Origin: Chiloscyllium plagiosum
Lineage: Eukaryota
DNA: 64,000 nucleotides
NCBI RefSeq assembly: GCF_004010195.1
Contig: NC_057737.1
Location: 31,428,087 to 31,492,086 of the forward strand
Reading direction: 5' to 3'
Shown: positions 52,537-64,000 of the stretch, in pieces
How the letters are laid out: every line of letters begins with the position of its first letter
Position numbering within the stretch: position 1 is the first letter of the stretch
The notes under the pieces: model-generated
The model's input: the letters and a program-made list of their open reading frames with translations, nothing else
Told to the model about the DNA's origin: nothing
Databases searched by the model: none
Program-made: the position numbers and the translations under genes

Positions 52537-53591
52537 TTTGTCTTGGTAAAATTGATTCAATAGGAGAGAGGTAACCAAAGTTTGTGAGAAGATTTGTAGC
52601 TCGGGTGCTCGTTGTTGTGGTTCTGTTCACCGAGCTGGGAATTTGTGTTGCAGACGTTTCGTCCCCTGTCTCGGTGACATCCTCAGTGCTTGGGAGCCTT
52701 CTGTGATGTTTTCTCCGGCATTTATAGTTATTTGTATCTGCCGCTTCCAGCTGTCCGCTGCAGAGGCCGGTGTATTGGGTTCAACACACACAAAAGAAGT
52801 TGCATCAAGATACTGTTCAAAAGGGCCACCACACACTGCAGCACACCAGAACTGCAAAAAGAGGAAGAAGAACACCTATACAATGTACTCGCCAAAAACT
52901 GATACCCCCGCAATTTCATCAACAGATGCCTAAGGGAAAGACAACGGAATGAGGACATGCCACAATCCAAAGGACTAGCCATACTACCATACATCAAAAA
53001 CATTTCTGAACTGACAGCCAGACTACTGCGACCACTAGGACTCCTAACAGCACACAAACCAACAGCCACTCTCAGACAACAACTCACCAGGACGAAGGAC
53101 CCAATACCCAGCATGAGCAAAACTACTGTAGTGTACAAAATCCCATGCAAGGACTGCACAAAACACTACATAGGACAAACAGGAAGACATCTAATGATCC
53201 GCATCCATGAACACCAACTAGCCACGAAACGACATGACCAGCTACCCTTAGTAGCCACACACTTAGATGACAAGCAACATGAGTTCGACTGGGGCAACAC
53301 CACTATTACAGGATAAGCCAAACAGAGAACAGCCAGGGAATTCCTAGAGGCATGGCATTCATCCACAGATTCAATCAATAAGCGCATCGACCTGGACCCA
53401 ATATCCCGGTCTCTGCAGCGGACAGCTGGAACTGACAACCGGAAGCGGCAGATACAAATCGCTATAAATGCTGGAGGAAAGATCACAGAAGCGCTTCACA
53501 GGAGGCTCCCAAGCACTGAGGATGTCACCTAGACAGGGGACGAAACGTCTGCAACACAAATTCCCAGCTCGGTGAACAGAACCACAACAAC
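52537..53591. mobile_element. Penelope-like element with inverted pseudo-LTRs
   Basis: TLFKRATTHCST, LAILPYIKNISE and VVYKIPCKDCTKHYIGQTGR on plus; inverted terminal repeat on the left; 14-bp TSD GGAGAGAGGTAACC at 52523-52536 and 53592-53605. Confidence 0.92.
53513..53552 (+). ncRNA. Minimal type I hammerhead ribozyme motif; antisense twin at 52650-52689
   Basis: GCA-CTGAGGA-T-GTCACCT AGAC AGGGGAC-GAAA-CG-TC^-TGC: core, stem II, ACGT palindrome, GUC cleavage triplet. Confidence 0.75.
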
Positions 53592-53837
53592 GGAGAGAGG
53601 TAACCGAAAGCACATTGGTCAGATTCACAGGAACTTGACAAAGGCATAGCTATTATTTTGTGGTATTATAAATGGAGAAGAAAGGGCTTTGTCTATTAGA
53701 ATTAAGCAAATCCCTCTTGTCCTTCTCAACCAGTTTGCAGCCTATGAAATTACAGACCACAGCATCTACTATTGCCTCGCTACTGCTAACCAGCTGAACG
53801 AGCCCCCACTTTGTGATTACCTTTCTATTGTGTCTAC

Positions 53838-54475
53838 TATGATGATATGTGCTTTTAAGGAGGATTTGTTCTGTCCTGTTTCTCTTGAAGAGAGGTTTTT
53901 TTTTAAACTTGCTGCTGAGGTGCCTGATCCATGGATAGCAGAGTAAATAGCTTTGAGGTTTTTTTAAATTAGGCAACAGAAGCATGAGTGGCTGGAGCCA
54001 GACCCAGGATTTTAGCTTTGCTTTCAATTGTTGAAATTGGGATTTTGGAGTTGAAACTGCTACGTACAGCTCTCTTTCTCTGCTGCTGCAAAAGCCATGG
54101 GGTCTCTCTCTGCTGCTAAATTCATTCTTTCAGTTTTTCCTTTCTCCTAGAGGAGATTGCAAGTGAGGGACACCTATTTTGCTGAATTTGCCTTTTCCAA
54201 AGGCATATTTATGGAATGCTGCTATATTAGAACAGTCTATGAGTAGAAGTTTTTCTTAAGTATTTCATTAGAGTTAAATTTATGACAATTCCTTTTCTTT
54301 GTTTGAATTTTAACTGTGTGGTCTAAGAATAAAATGTGTTCTGTTTAAAGTCTAGCAGTTTAACCAATCGAATCCCATCTAGAACACATCATCTTGCACT
54401 TGCCTCTAAATAAGATAAAATTTTGTGTCTAGACTATCTTCTACATTTTGAGGGGGTTTGGTCTGGTCTATAACA
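53838..54475 (+). mobile_element. Putative solo LTR
   Basis: Ends ...ggtctggtctataACA, internal AATAAA near 54328, reverse-complement similarity to 62103-62754. Confidence 0.55.
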
Positions 54476-55007
54476 CTAGTCCTAGCTGAAGAATCACTTG
54501 CAATGTGTGTTCCTTATGGCTTGGACTGTGCTGTCTGGTGTTGCCCAAGAACTTATTAAAAGCAATTCTTTCCTTTTACTGTGGTAAGACTTAAAAATTG
54601 TCCTTTCTAACTCTCGCTCTCACACAGCACCTCCTCACTCCACCCCCGTGTTATTTTGATGAAAGTAGCTGTTAACTATAATTCTGATAAATTTGTACAA
54701 GTGTGTACCAAGTCAGTCATACAACTGTACACAAATACAATTATAGATGATATCTCTAGACGTTTGTAAAGTGAATCCTTTGCAAGCAGAAGAGTTGATG
54801 GGTGCACACAATCACGCAATAATTTGGTGATATGACCTATTTCAATACATGTTTCATATATTCAAATACCCTCCTCAATGCTCATTGCTAAACCTTAGAT
54901 TCTTTGTGTAATAGTGAGATTTTAGACAATTAGCTTAAAGTACAACAAATTAGAAAATTCCTCGAGTTGGAAAACCCCTGAAATAAACACTAGTTTGTTC
55001 TTTGCAG

Positions 55008-55102
55008 TGTAGAGGTACTACCAAAAGTTCATACAGACCAAAACTACCCATGTGAACTTGTGGGGACGTGGAATACGTGGTATGGAGAGCAGGATCAAGC
55101 TG
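55008..55102 (+). CDS. NIPSNAP2: NIPSNAP2 exon 4 ([33 protein letters not shown])
   Basis: tttgcag| acceptor, |gtatga donor, 95 nt; [21 protein letters not shown] motif. Confidence 0.96.
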
Positions 55103-55732
55103 GTATGAATGTTTCTATAAGCAGAATAGCAAAGCATAACTAATTTGTAGATGTTACAATTTTGTATCATTGTGTCGTGCTGAAATGTCTTTTGTTTTTG
55201 TATTTAATTGAATACAGAATAATAGATGTTATATACAGACTATAATACATTTCCTGTTTTAAGTAGGAAATGTCTCCCTGGCATATGAATGTTGTTTTGC
55301 CTTAGATGTTTGCACCATCCTAGAATTTTGATTTTGATTTTGAACACCTTTTTTCTAATATTTATCAAGTCAACCTTAAAATTGTCATGTCAAATTGCAT
55401 TGTGACGTTCAGCAAATCCACTGCTGACTTTGCTTGAAAAAATGTTCTCGAAGCAACTGATTGTATATCTGTAAGTAACGTACCTACAAAGGTATTAAAA
55501 GGTATCATCTCTGATTCTTGAATGTGATACTAGTCTAGGAGGTAATTAGTTATAACTGTCAGTTTTGCTACTATCGAAATATTGAAACTTCAATTTGTGA
55601 AGTAACGAAAAAATTATTACCCATCCAGCATTTTCATTAGTTCAGAACTGAATCATGGAGCTAACACACACTGACACATAAGATGAAATAGAGAAGACTT
55701 ACTTTCTGTTATCCTATTTCTGTCTTTTTCAG

Positions 55733-55803
55733 TCCACCTCTGGAAGTATAGTGGAGGTTACCCCACGCTTACCGAGGTGATGAGTAAGCTCAGACAAAAT
55801 AAG
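55733..55803 (+). CDS. NIPSNAP2: NIPSNAP2 exon 5 (V-HLWKYSGGYPTLTEVMSKLRQNK)
   Basis: tttttcag| acceptor, AAG|gtaac donor, 71 nt. Confidence 0.96.
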
Positions 55804-58479
55804 GTAACACCATTAAAAGGGTGTGTTTTAGTTCTGACAAAGTGATAGAAGATCTTGTTTTTATAGTTTTCTGTTTATAGTAATGCTTACATAACATGTA
55901 TTAAGATATCTATACGTTTACTAGGTTAGAGTTGGAATCAGTGTGTAGATTTTGGCTTAATGTTTAGATTTTCTCAGTTTCTAAAGGGAACTGAAAATCC
56001 AAATGGAAAATATATTCAAAATAATACAGTTTCTGCAATTGTAGTTTTTTGGCAACATGAAATAACAAAATAACTGTATATTCCATTGTTTGGAAATCAA
56101 AATTTACAAAAGCTTAGCAATTTTGCTTTCCCAAATTGCCCAACTTGGAACGGAAAATGGGGCAAAATTGGAAGCTGTATGTTTAAAAACATAAAATTTA
56201 CATTTTTACTTCTGAGATGCATTGGAAACAACCAATCCTATTTGGCCACTGCAGTACATTTTACCACTTATTTTTCAGCTGAGACTGGATGGCAATGTTC
56301 TAAATAAGTTACACACTTCTGAAATCAGCCTTTTCAAGGAACAATTCTTTTATAAGAACCAATGTGCAGTTTTTAATTTGTAGCAATTCAGCATATTTAA
56401 GAACAGTGTTACTCATTTGGATAACCTCAGTGAGTTCCTGGGAATTTGCAAGTGGATGTAGGAAAATAAATGAAAGATTCAATTATATGTTTCAAGACAA
56501 CAGGTGGCAATCATGGTCACACAGTAAGCTTGCCATCATATTGGTCAAGCTAGTTGATCTATTCTGTGAAATTTGATTTTTTTTTAAAGCAGTTGAACAA
56601 ATTGAGAATGCTGTAATGGCTTAACTTAAATTTATAATTGTTGAATATTTATAACTCCACTTTTTTATTAGTTTGATCAATGCCAGCTGTAAAGTTATAG
56701 ACTTTAACAAGTTCTTTAAATTAATTGAAATGGGAAACTGATTGTAAAATGTGGAATTGATGGTAGTACACCACCACCCAATATGAATGGATGTGATTTG
56801 TTTTAATTGTATAGAATTCTTCAATTCTGGAAAAGGTTCCTTGTATTTCAGTGTTTGCTAATATGAAGGTTAAACATAAGGATCCAATTTTCCCAATTTC
56901 AAAGAGATGATCTTTCTTCAACAACAATGACTAGACCTTATTATTAAATTAATTTTGTGATTAATATACATTAGTTGCACATTCCATTGTCATAGAATTG
57001 GAGAGCCTATTAATATAAAAGGTGTTGGAGGACTGTAGATATCTACATGGTTGTTGACTTGGAGGGGATTACAATAATTGGGAAGAAGAAAGGCATTCGA
57101 GAGATTTGAAATCAAGGCCAAGATTTCAAACTTAAATGGACAGACTGGGAGTTATTGTAGCTAAGGAGGCACAATGGTAAAGATTTGAAATGGTGCCTAG
57201 GAAGCAGAGATTTAGATGAACTCAAGTTAATGTTGGATGCAAAGTGGGAGGCAATCCCAGAGAGCTTTGGAATTGTCAAGTCTGAAGGCAACATAGGTAT
57301 GAGTTAATGTTTTAGCAACAAATGAGATGAGGCGTTGCTGGGTGATGTTCCAGAGTCGGTGTTATTAATGAAGCTCACTTGGGATTAAGCAAAATACCAA
57401 TTTTGCAAGTTTAGCTTCAGACACTTGTCAGTGAGAGTGATAAAGTCAGTGACTACGGAATGGAGTTTGTGGCAGGAACTGAAGTCTTAAAGGAGATCTC
57501 TGCTCATCTAATACTATATGTCATGTAATTAATGTATAAATTCAGAAACAATGGAGTGATCCAAGAGAGGTGATGGTGGTGGTTAGAACTTGGTGTTACC
57601 CAATGTACTTTTGAAAACTAATATTGTAATGTTGATATCACAAAGTGAGCAGCAAATCAATTAGAAATAGGCAGGGTCTCTAGTTGGATCTTTGTGAACT
57701 TTCAGATGTGTTGGTATGGAGATGGAAAGAAAAACTACCTGATTTATTCCCGTCAATGTCAGAATGTGCATAATGCAATATTTTCAGAAACTGATAATTT
57801 GAAATTAACTATCAATCTACATCAAATGAAATATTGAAAGATAATCTATATTAATAAAAACATTGGGGTCAGTATTTTCATTGAATTTATTGATAGTGTA
57901 ATCCTTCACTATTGTGGGTTGTCAAATTGAAGGTAATTGTTTAATTATTGGAGAATATTGAATATAGTCATTTAGTTAAATTTTTCGCAACCAATGAAAA
58001 ACACATTTTGCAAAAGCTTTTCATCTTGCAGTCATGAGGACAATAGCAAGTACTTCAAAAATAAAGAAATCAACATATTTTTGCAACAGAAAGAAGAGCA
58101 TAGTCATTGGTTGTCAAGTGGACTCTGGCAAAGCAGTTGCCATGGAAAATGTGGCAGTTAGATGATAGCTAACAGTTAATTGCCAAGTTTTGTTTATTTT
58201 TAGACCAGGCAGATTTATACTGAATAGTCCCTGAGGAATTAACCAGAAAATGACTCATTTATTTCAAGTTGGAAGAATGTGTGCATTGTGTGCACACATT
58301 CTTCCTGACTTTACAAAATAGGACTCTGTATTAATCTATATAGCTTTGATTACTCGGAAGTGCACCATATTGCAAGCTGTATGGACAATCTTAAATTTGT
58401 CTGTGTTTTTCATTATACATTCAGGATAATTTAACAGATATTGTCCAGTCATAGAATTGCGTCTTTACGGAATCATGTT

Positions 58480-58968
58480 TCGTGAAACTTGAAAGGGTTC
58501 AGAAAAGATTTACAAGGATGTTGCCAGGGTTGGAGGATTTGAGATATAGGGAGAGACGGATCAGGCTGGGGCTGTTTTCCCAGAGGCTGAGGGGTGACCT
58601 TATAGAGGTTTATAAAATCATGAGGGGCATGGATAGGATAAATAGAAAAAAGTCTCTTCTCTGAGTGGGGGAGTCCAGAACTAGAGGGCATAGAGTTAAG
58701 GTGAGAGGGGAAAGATATTAAAGAGACCTAAGGGGCAACTTTTTAATGGAGGTTGGTATGTGTATGGAATGAGCTGCCAGAGGAAGTGGTGGAGGCTGGT
58801 ACAATTGCAACATTTAAAAGGCATCTGGATGGGTATATGAATAGGAAGAGTTTGGATGGATATGGGCTGGGTATTGGCAGGTGGGACTAGATTGGGTTGG
58901 GATATCAGGTCAGCATGGACGAGTTGTACCAAAGGGTTAGTTTCCGTGCTATACATCTCTATGACTCT
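58480..58968 (+). mobile_element. CR1-type LINE 3' fragment
   Basis: KLERVQKRFTRMLPGLEDL; same subfamily as 1-590. Confidence 0.9.
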
Positions 58969-59220
58969 AAATTATGTGTCTTTCCTGCAGTATTGAAAAT
59001 AAGAGCTAATATTTTTTCCAAGGCTGCTTAAAACATTGCTAATATAATTTGTTTAGTTGGTGGAGCAGTATATTATTACAGAAAAATTGGTTAGGTGCAA
59101 ATGGCATTCAATGGTTATTGCATCATACTACAAGATGAAATGTCTTGTTTATGATTACATTACATTAAAGACAAGTTTGAAAAATATTATAGCTACTGAA
59201 ATTTATACCTTATTTTTCAG

Positions 59221-59361
59221 GAGTTCATGGAGTTCAGGAAGGAGAGAGGTAAAATGCTGCTGTCTCGAAAAAACCAACTACTTTTGGAGTTCAGTTTCTG
59301 GAATGAGCCAGTGCCTAGATCAGGACCTAATATTTATGAACTCAGATCCTACCAGCTCAGG
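59221..59361 (+). CDS. NIPSNAP2: NIPSNAP2 exon 6 ([47 protein letters not shown]); gene continues right of window
   Basis: tttttcag| acceptor, AGG|gtaagg donor, 141 nt; nearly identical to human NIPSNAP2. Confidence 0.97.
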
Positions 59362-60252
59362 GTAAGGAGCATGTGCTTCTTGCATTTATTTATTTATTAG
59401 TTAGTTGGTTTTGGCAGAATATGGATAGGTCAAATTTCAGAACGAAATCTTGTCTGATATGTCATATGTTTTTATTATCTTAGTTAATATAATGATTCAT
59501 TGAAGTATAGTTAAATAGAATACAGTTCAAAAAATCATAAAAATCCAGCAGAACAAAGATTCAACCTATTTCCCAATTCCACCATTTTAGTGATTTAAAT
59601 CGAGAGAAATTACTTCTCTAAGTCAAATCTTTAAGTTTGCCTTAACTAATTCTCCTTAGTTTCTGATGCAATGATTTCTTACATGAATACTCTCAAAAAT
59701 AAGAGCTTTGAGTTTCTAAGCTTATAATGCTCTGCAGATTTCTAACCAAATATTGGTCTGGAAGTTGCACGAATTATAATTTTCTACTGATGTAACATAT
59801 TCCCTAACTACTCTGAAAAACCTATTTTTCCTAAAGAATATACTTGATTCTGACCCCAAAAGGGTCTCTTCCAAAATTACCTTGGACAGTCTAAAATTGT
59901 AGATTTCATGAACTCAAATCAATCTGTTTTCATTACAAATTGAAAATGAATTAATAGCCTTCAAAGATAAAACAAAATGATGAAGAAATTCAGTTCTGGC
60001 AGCATCCTTAGAGAGAAAAATAGGGTTAACATTTTGAGTCTGGTATGACTTGTTTAGAATTGCTGGTAAAGAGTTGTATCAGATTCAGAATGTTATCTCT
60101 GTTTCTCTCACTATAAATATTGATAGATCTGCTGAGTTTCTCTGCTTTTATTTCAGATTTACAGCATCTGCAATAATTTGTTTTTACTAAAAATCTTTAA
60201 TGCTCACTCTATCTGTCATCAGCCATGGTATAAACAATTTTCCATCAACATT

Positions 60253-60606
60253 GGCACAGTGGCTCAGTGGTTAGCACTGCTGCCTCACAGTGCCAGAGAC
60301 CCAGGTTCAATTCCAGCCTCCAGCAACTGTCTGTGTGGCGTTTGCACGTTCTCCCCGTGTCTTGTGTGCATTTCTGCTGAATGCTCCGGTTTCCTCCCAC
60401 AGTCCAAAGATGTGCAGGTTAGGTGAATTGGCCATGCTAAATTGACCATAGTGTTCAGGGCTGTGTAGGTTAGTTGCATTAGTAAGGGGAAAATGTAAAA
60501 AGGTAGTAGGATAGGGGAATATGTCTGGATGGGATACTCTTGGAGGGTCAGTGTGGACCTGTTGGACCAAATGCCTGTTTCCACACTGTAGAGATTCTAT
60601 GATTCT
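60253..60606 (+). mobile_element. tRNA-derived SINE (HE1/V-SINE-like), followed by a CR1 3' fragment (about 60670-60995)
   Basis: A/B boxes, core and tail as in other copies. Confidence 0.87.
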
Positions 60607-62102
60607 ACTTCAGAGGTTTCCTGTTCTCTAACACATACTGGATTAGGTCACTGTTTGGGAAGAGGGCAATGCATAGGGTAAATAGACAAAGTCTTTTCTC
60701 TAGGTGCAGGAGTTCAGAAGTAGACGACATAGGTTTAGGGTGAGGCCATCTAAAAGAGACCTAAGAGGCAACTTTTTCACACACAGGGTGGTGCATGAAT
60801 GGATGAGCTGCCAAGGAAGTAGTGGAGACTGGTACAATTACAACATATGACAGACATCCGGATGGGTATATGAATAGGAAGGATTTAGAGAAATGAGTCC
60901 AGTGCTGGCAAATGTGACTTGATTAATTTAGGATATTTGGTTGGCATGGACAAGTTGGAAAGAAGGGTTTGTTTCTGTGCTGTAAATCTCTATAACAGTT
61001 TGACTCAGTTTGTTGACATAAACCTTCATAGAAGTAACACACACCCAAATGCCGCTACCTAAAAATCCAAAGTCTAAATATTACATAAATATATATATAT
61101 AAATCTCAACTCTCATTGCTATTCTCACATCAGTTTGAAATGTAATAGTGGATAAAAGCACACTAAAAACATAGTCTGCTTGCAATTTGAGAATGGAATA
61201 ATAATGTGCAATATAAAATGACAGAATTGTAAACTTTAGCATTTTTAGTAAGTTAGGTTGCCTTGTTTGTCATCTGTTCTCTGCTACCTGTTTCTACTTC
61301 CACTCTTCAAGATACTGTTATAATCAGTCTGGTCTTGTGCTTGAACACTGCTGCTATGATTCCTGGAGCCAGTTGCCGATGCAAGCTTGTTTCTTACTGC
61401 AAAATGGTTTTATCTCCATAAGTGATCTCCACATACTTGTAAAGGAAAAGTTTAAGGGTAGTTAAGAAAGAGCATAAGAAAGCAGTCTTCTTTGTATGTT
61501 TTTCAAAATTAAAATATTAGGAAACTGAAAAGTGGTAATTTTAATAAGGTCATAGGCAATATTACCTTCATTTAAATACTAACTAAAATGTATATATTGA
61601 AAACAAGTACATCATCAACGGAGAAAGTGGAGAAGATCAGCAAAATGTGGCAAAAGATTATATACCATTGAAATTTTCTTTTAAACTCTAAATTAATGTT
61701 CTTAACCCATATCACTGGAAGCCAAAAAAAATGATCAGAATTGCTCTCATCAACCTGGTAAATGGATTCTTTGGAATCTATTCAAGGTTATGGTCTGATA
61801 AATAATAAATTGCTTTCACTGGTTGTCCAGGTAGTGACAAGGCACATATATTGCAGAAAGAACTAAAACAAAGATGAAAGAAAATTTCTTTCAATGAAGT
61901 TTTTGGAATTCTCTGTCATAGACCATTGTTGAAACAAAGTCCATACATTATTCTAAAATTGAATTGGAAAATTGTTCAAAGAAATACAGTAGTATTAAAG
62001 GGTGTGAATGGCACATGAGCGCACAATTTGAAATGGATAAATTCTTGAGATCAAATGGTCTGTTCCTATATTTATGTTTCTATTCTGGGGTGTCTATACT
62101 TT

Positions 62103-62754
62103 TGTTATGGACCAGACCACACCACCTCAAAGTCTGTTAAGAAGATAGTCTAGGCCCTAACTGTTTCTTATTTTAAAGGGAAGTCTAAGGCATTATGTTC
62201 CCGATATAATTCGCTTGGCCAAACTGCCAGGCTTGAAACAAAACGCTCTTCACTCATATACGACGATCTTTTCCAAACTCACTAAAGACAAATAAAATAA
62301 AGGCAAAATAAAAGAAAAGAATTGGCTTAACTATAACTCTTATCAAAATGTTTAACAAGATAATATATATATTAACTGCAACTAATTAACTGTTCCAATA
62401 TAATAACATCCCATAAACACATCCTTGGTAAAGACACATTCGTAAAATTGTCTCACGTGCAATTCTAGCACTAGGAAGTGGACTCAGATTTTAGCTGTAA
62501 CGGAGAGAAGAATAAGATCTTTCACATCCAGCTTCAAGACCCAGCAATTGCTACTGAAGACTAAAACTAAAAAAAATCCTGGATCTGTGGGAGCTGACCC
62601 CACCCATTCAGGCTGCTTCTAATGTTCCAACTAAAAAAAAAGCAAGGCTTCACAAGCTGCTTATACTTGGACTACTTGTTGCCTCTATCTCAACCTTTCT
62701 TCACTAAAAATGAACTGGACAAAATGCACCTCTTAAAGCAATAGTATTGTCACA
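62103..62754 (-). mobile_element. Putative solo LTR
   Basis: TG...CA termini (TGTTA...TCACA) flanked by the 4-bp direct repeat CTTT; related to 53838-54475. Confidence 0.65.
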
Positions 62755-63690
62755 CTTTTATTCACCCACAGCGAAAAACCTTGGAATTATATGAAGCATA
62801 TATCTCTGTTCCTGTTAATTTTAAAGCATCTCAACTTAAAATCATAGTTATTGGTGTTATGATGAATTTTATCATTAATGAAGCACCAGTTCATAAAGCA
62901 CTCCAGTTCCCCGAAATACAAGCAGGGCAAAGATAAGAAAAGAAATTGGCTTCAAAGGCTGATTGCCAAACTCGTTCTTATGCATACTTTTGACATCTTT
63001 ACCTATCATTTTTCATATTCCTTTTCAAAGATATAGTTCTTTCTTCATTCATGGGATGAGAGCGTCACTGGTTAGGGCAGCATTTATTGCCCAACCCTAA
63101 TTGCTACACTTGACTTCTAAGAGTCAGCCACACTGCTATGGGTCTGGAGTCACATGTAGGTCAGATCAGGTAAGGATGTTTGCTTCCTTGAAGGACATTA
63201 GTGAGCCAGATGTTTTTTTCCTTACAATCGGCAATGGATTCATGTTTATCATTGGACAGTTTTGTGTTCCCAAAGGCAACTTTGCAGATTGTCCGCTTGC
63301 CTTTGCTGATTAGCTGACAACTTTTGAATAAACTCCGTATTCAAGTTTAATGCATCTTTGATTTCTCTTCTAAGTGATTTGACTTTGAAACTTCAGGGAT
63401 ATTTTAGCCAATGCTTTTGATGAAATAGAGCGCAAAAGAATTTAATGTGAATCTTTGTTGATCTGCTGAATATTCTTGGTACCCAATATTTTACAAGCAG
63501 TGACCTTAAGAAATTTGATTTTTATATATCCACAGCTGCAACAACAGCTAGATAAATTGTTACTGTATTTTCCTTGTTTACTAAATGTTATCTAGGTTCT
63601 GGATTATTCAGCTCTGAGTAACTACCTTCAGCTTCACCAAATGGTGCAATCTGACACATGCAGAGAACTGCAAGTTTAGAATTTATTGTA

Positions 63691-63902
63691 GCTGGAAATG
63701 TGTTGCTGGAAAAGCGCAGTAGGTCAGGCAGCATCCAGGGAACAGGAGAATCGACGTTTCGGGCATAAGCCCTTCCTGAAGAAGGGCTTATGCCCGAAAC
63801 GTCGATTCTCCTGTTCCCTGGATGCTGCCTGACCTGCTGCGCTTTTCCAGCAACACATTTCCAGCTCTGATCTCCAGCATCTGCAAACCTCACTTTCTCC
63901 TC
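63691..63902 (+). mobile_element. Young Penelope-derived fold-back element with hammerhead core at the hairpin apex
   Basis: 86-bp inverted arms 63690-63775 / 63781-63866; CTGAAGA-A-GGGC TTAT GCCC-GAAA-CGTC at 63776-63803; 14-bp TSD TAGAATTTATTGTA at 63677-63690 and 63903-63916. Confidence 0.85.
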
Positions 63903-64000
63903 TAGAATTTATTGTAACAGAGAAACTTTCTGCAACTGGATTCTTAAGGTTAACCATTTTAAGTAGGAATGTAAAATGATATTGCATTTGGCCAAGTCAC

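Noticed and set aside
59362-64000. NIPSNAP2 exon 7 (expected PGTMIEWGNYW)
   Set aside because: No matching sequence seen by eye; presumably beyond the window rather than lost.

Overview
Repeat-rich vertebrate genomic DNA with several assembly gaps. It is most likely from a cartilaginous fish (shark), inferred from the HE1/V-type tRNA-SINEs, CR1 LINEs and Penelope elements. Three spliced protein-coding genes can be built with exact GT-AG boundaries. (1) A merlin/NF2-like gene on the minus strand: coding exons 1-6 at 20525 down to 660, continuing off the left edge, with a probable non-coding first exon in a CpG island near 32.4-32.7 kb. (2) A complete MRPS17 on the plus strand (142 aa, NRF1/ETS promoter near 36.5 kb). 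(3) NIPSNAP2/GBAS exons 1-6 on the plus strand (45725-59361, continuing off the right edge). The NF2-like gene is divergent from NIPSNAP2, mirroring the mammalian NF2-NIPSNAP1 pair, so it is probably a second merlin ohnolog; its Blue box is altered (YQMTADM). The most notable non-genic signal is a set of Penelope-like element (PLE) insertions from several families. They carry minimal hammerhead ribozyme cores and 14-16 bp target-site duplications, and include tiny non-coding fold-back elements, one an 86-bp near-perfect hairpin with the ribozyme core at its apex. Also present are a 1.4-kb pyrimidine-rich minisatellite between the divergent promoters, a 67-bp perfect duplication around a SINE tail, a split 5S/tRNA chimeric element, a Tc1/mariner-type MITE and two solo LTRs. 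Repeat boundaries are approximate; exon boundaries were read base by base. Human protein comparisons are from memory, not from a search.
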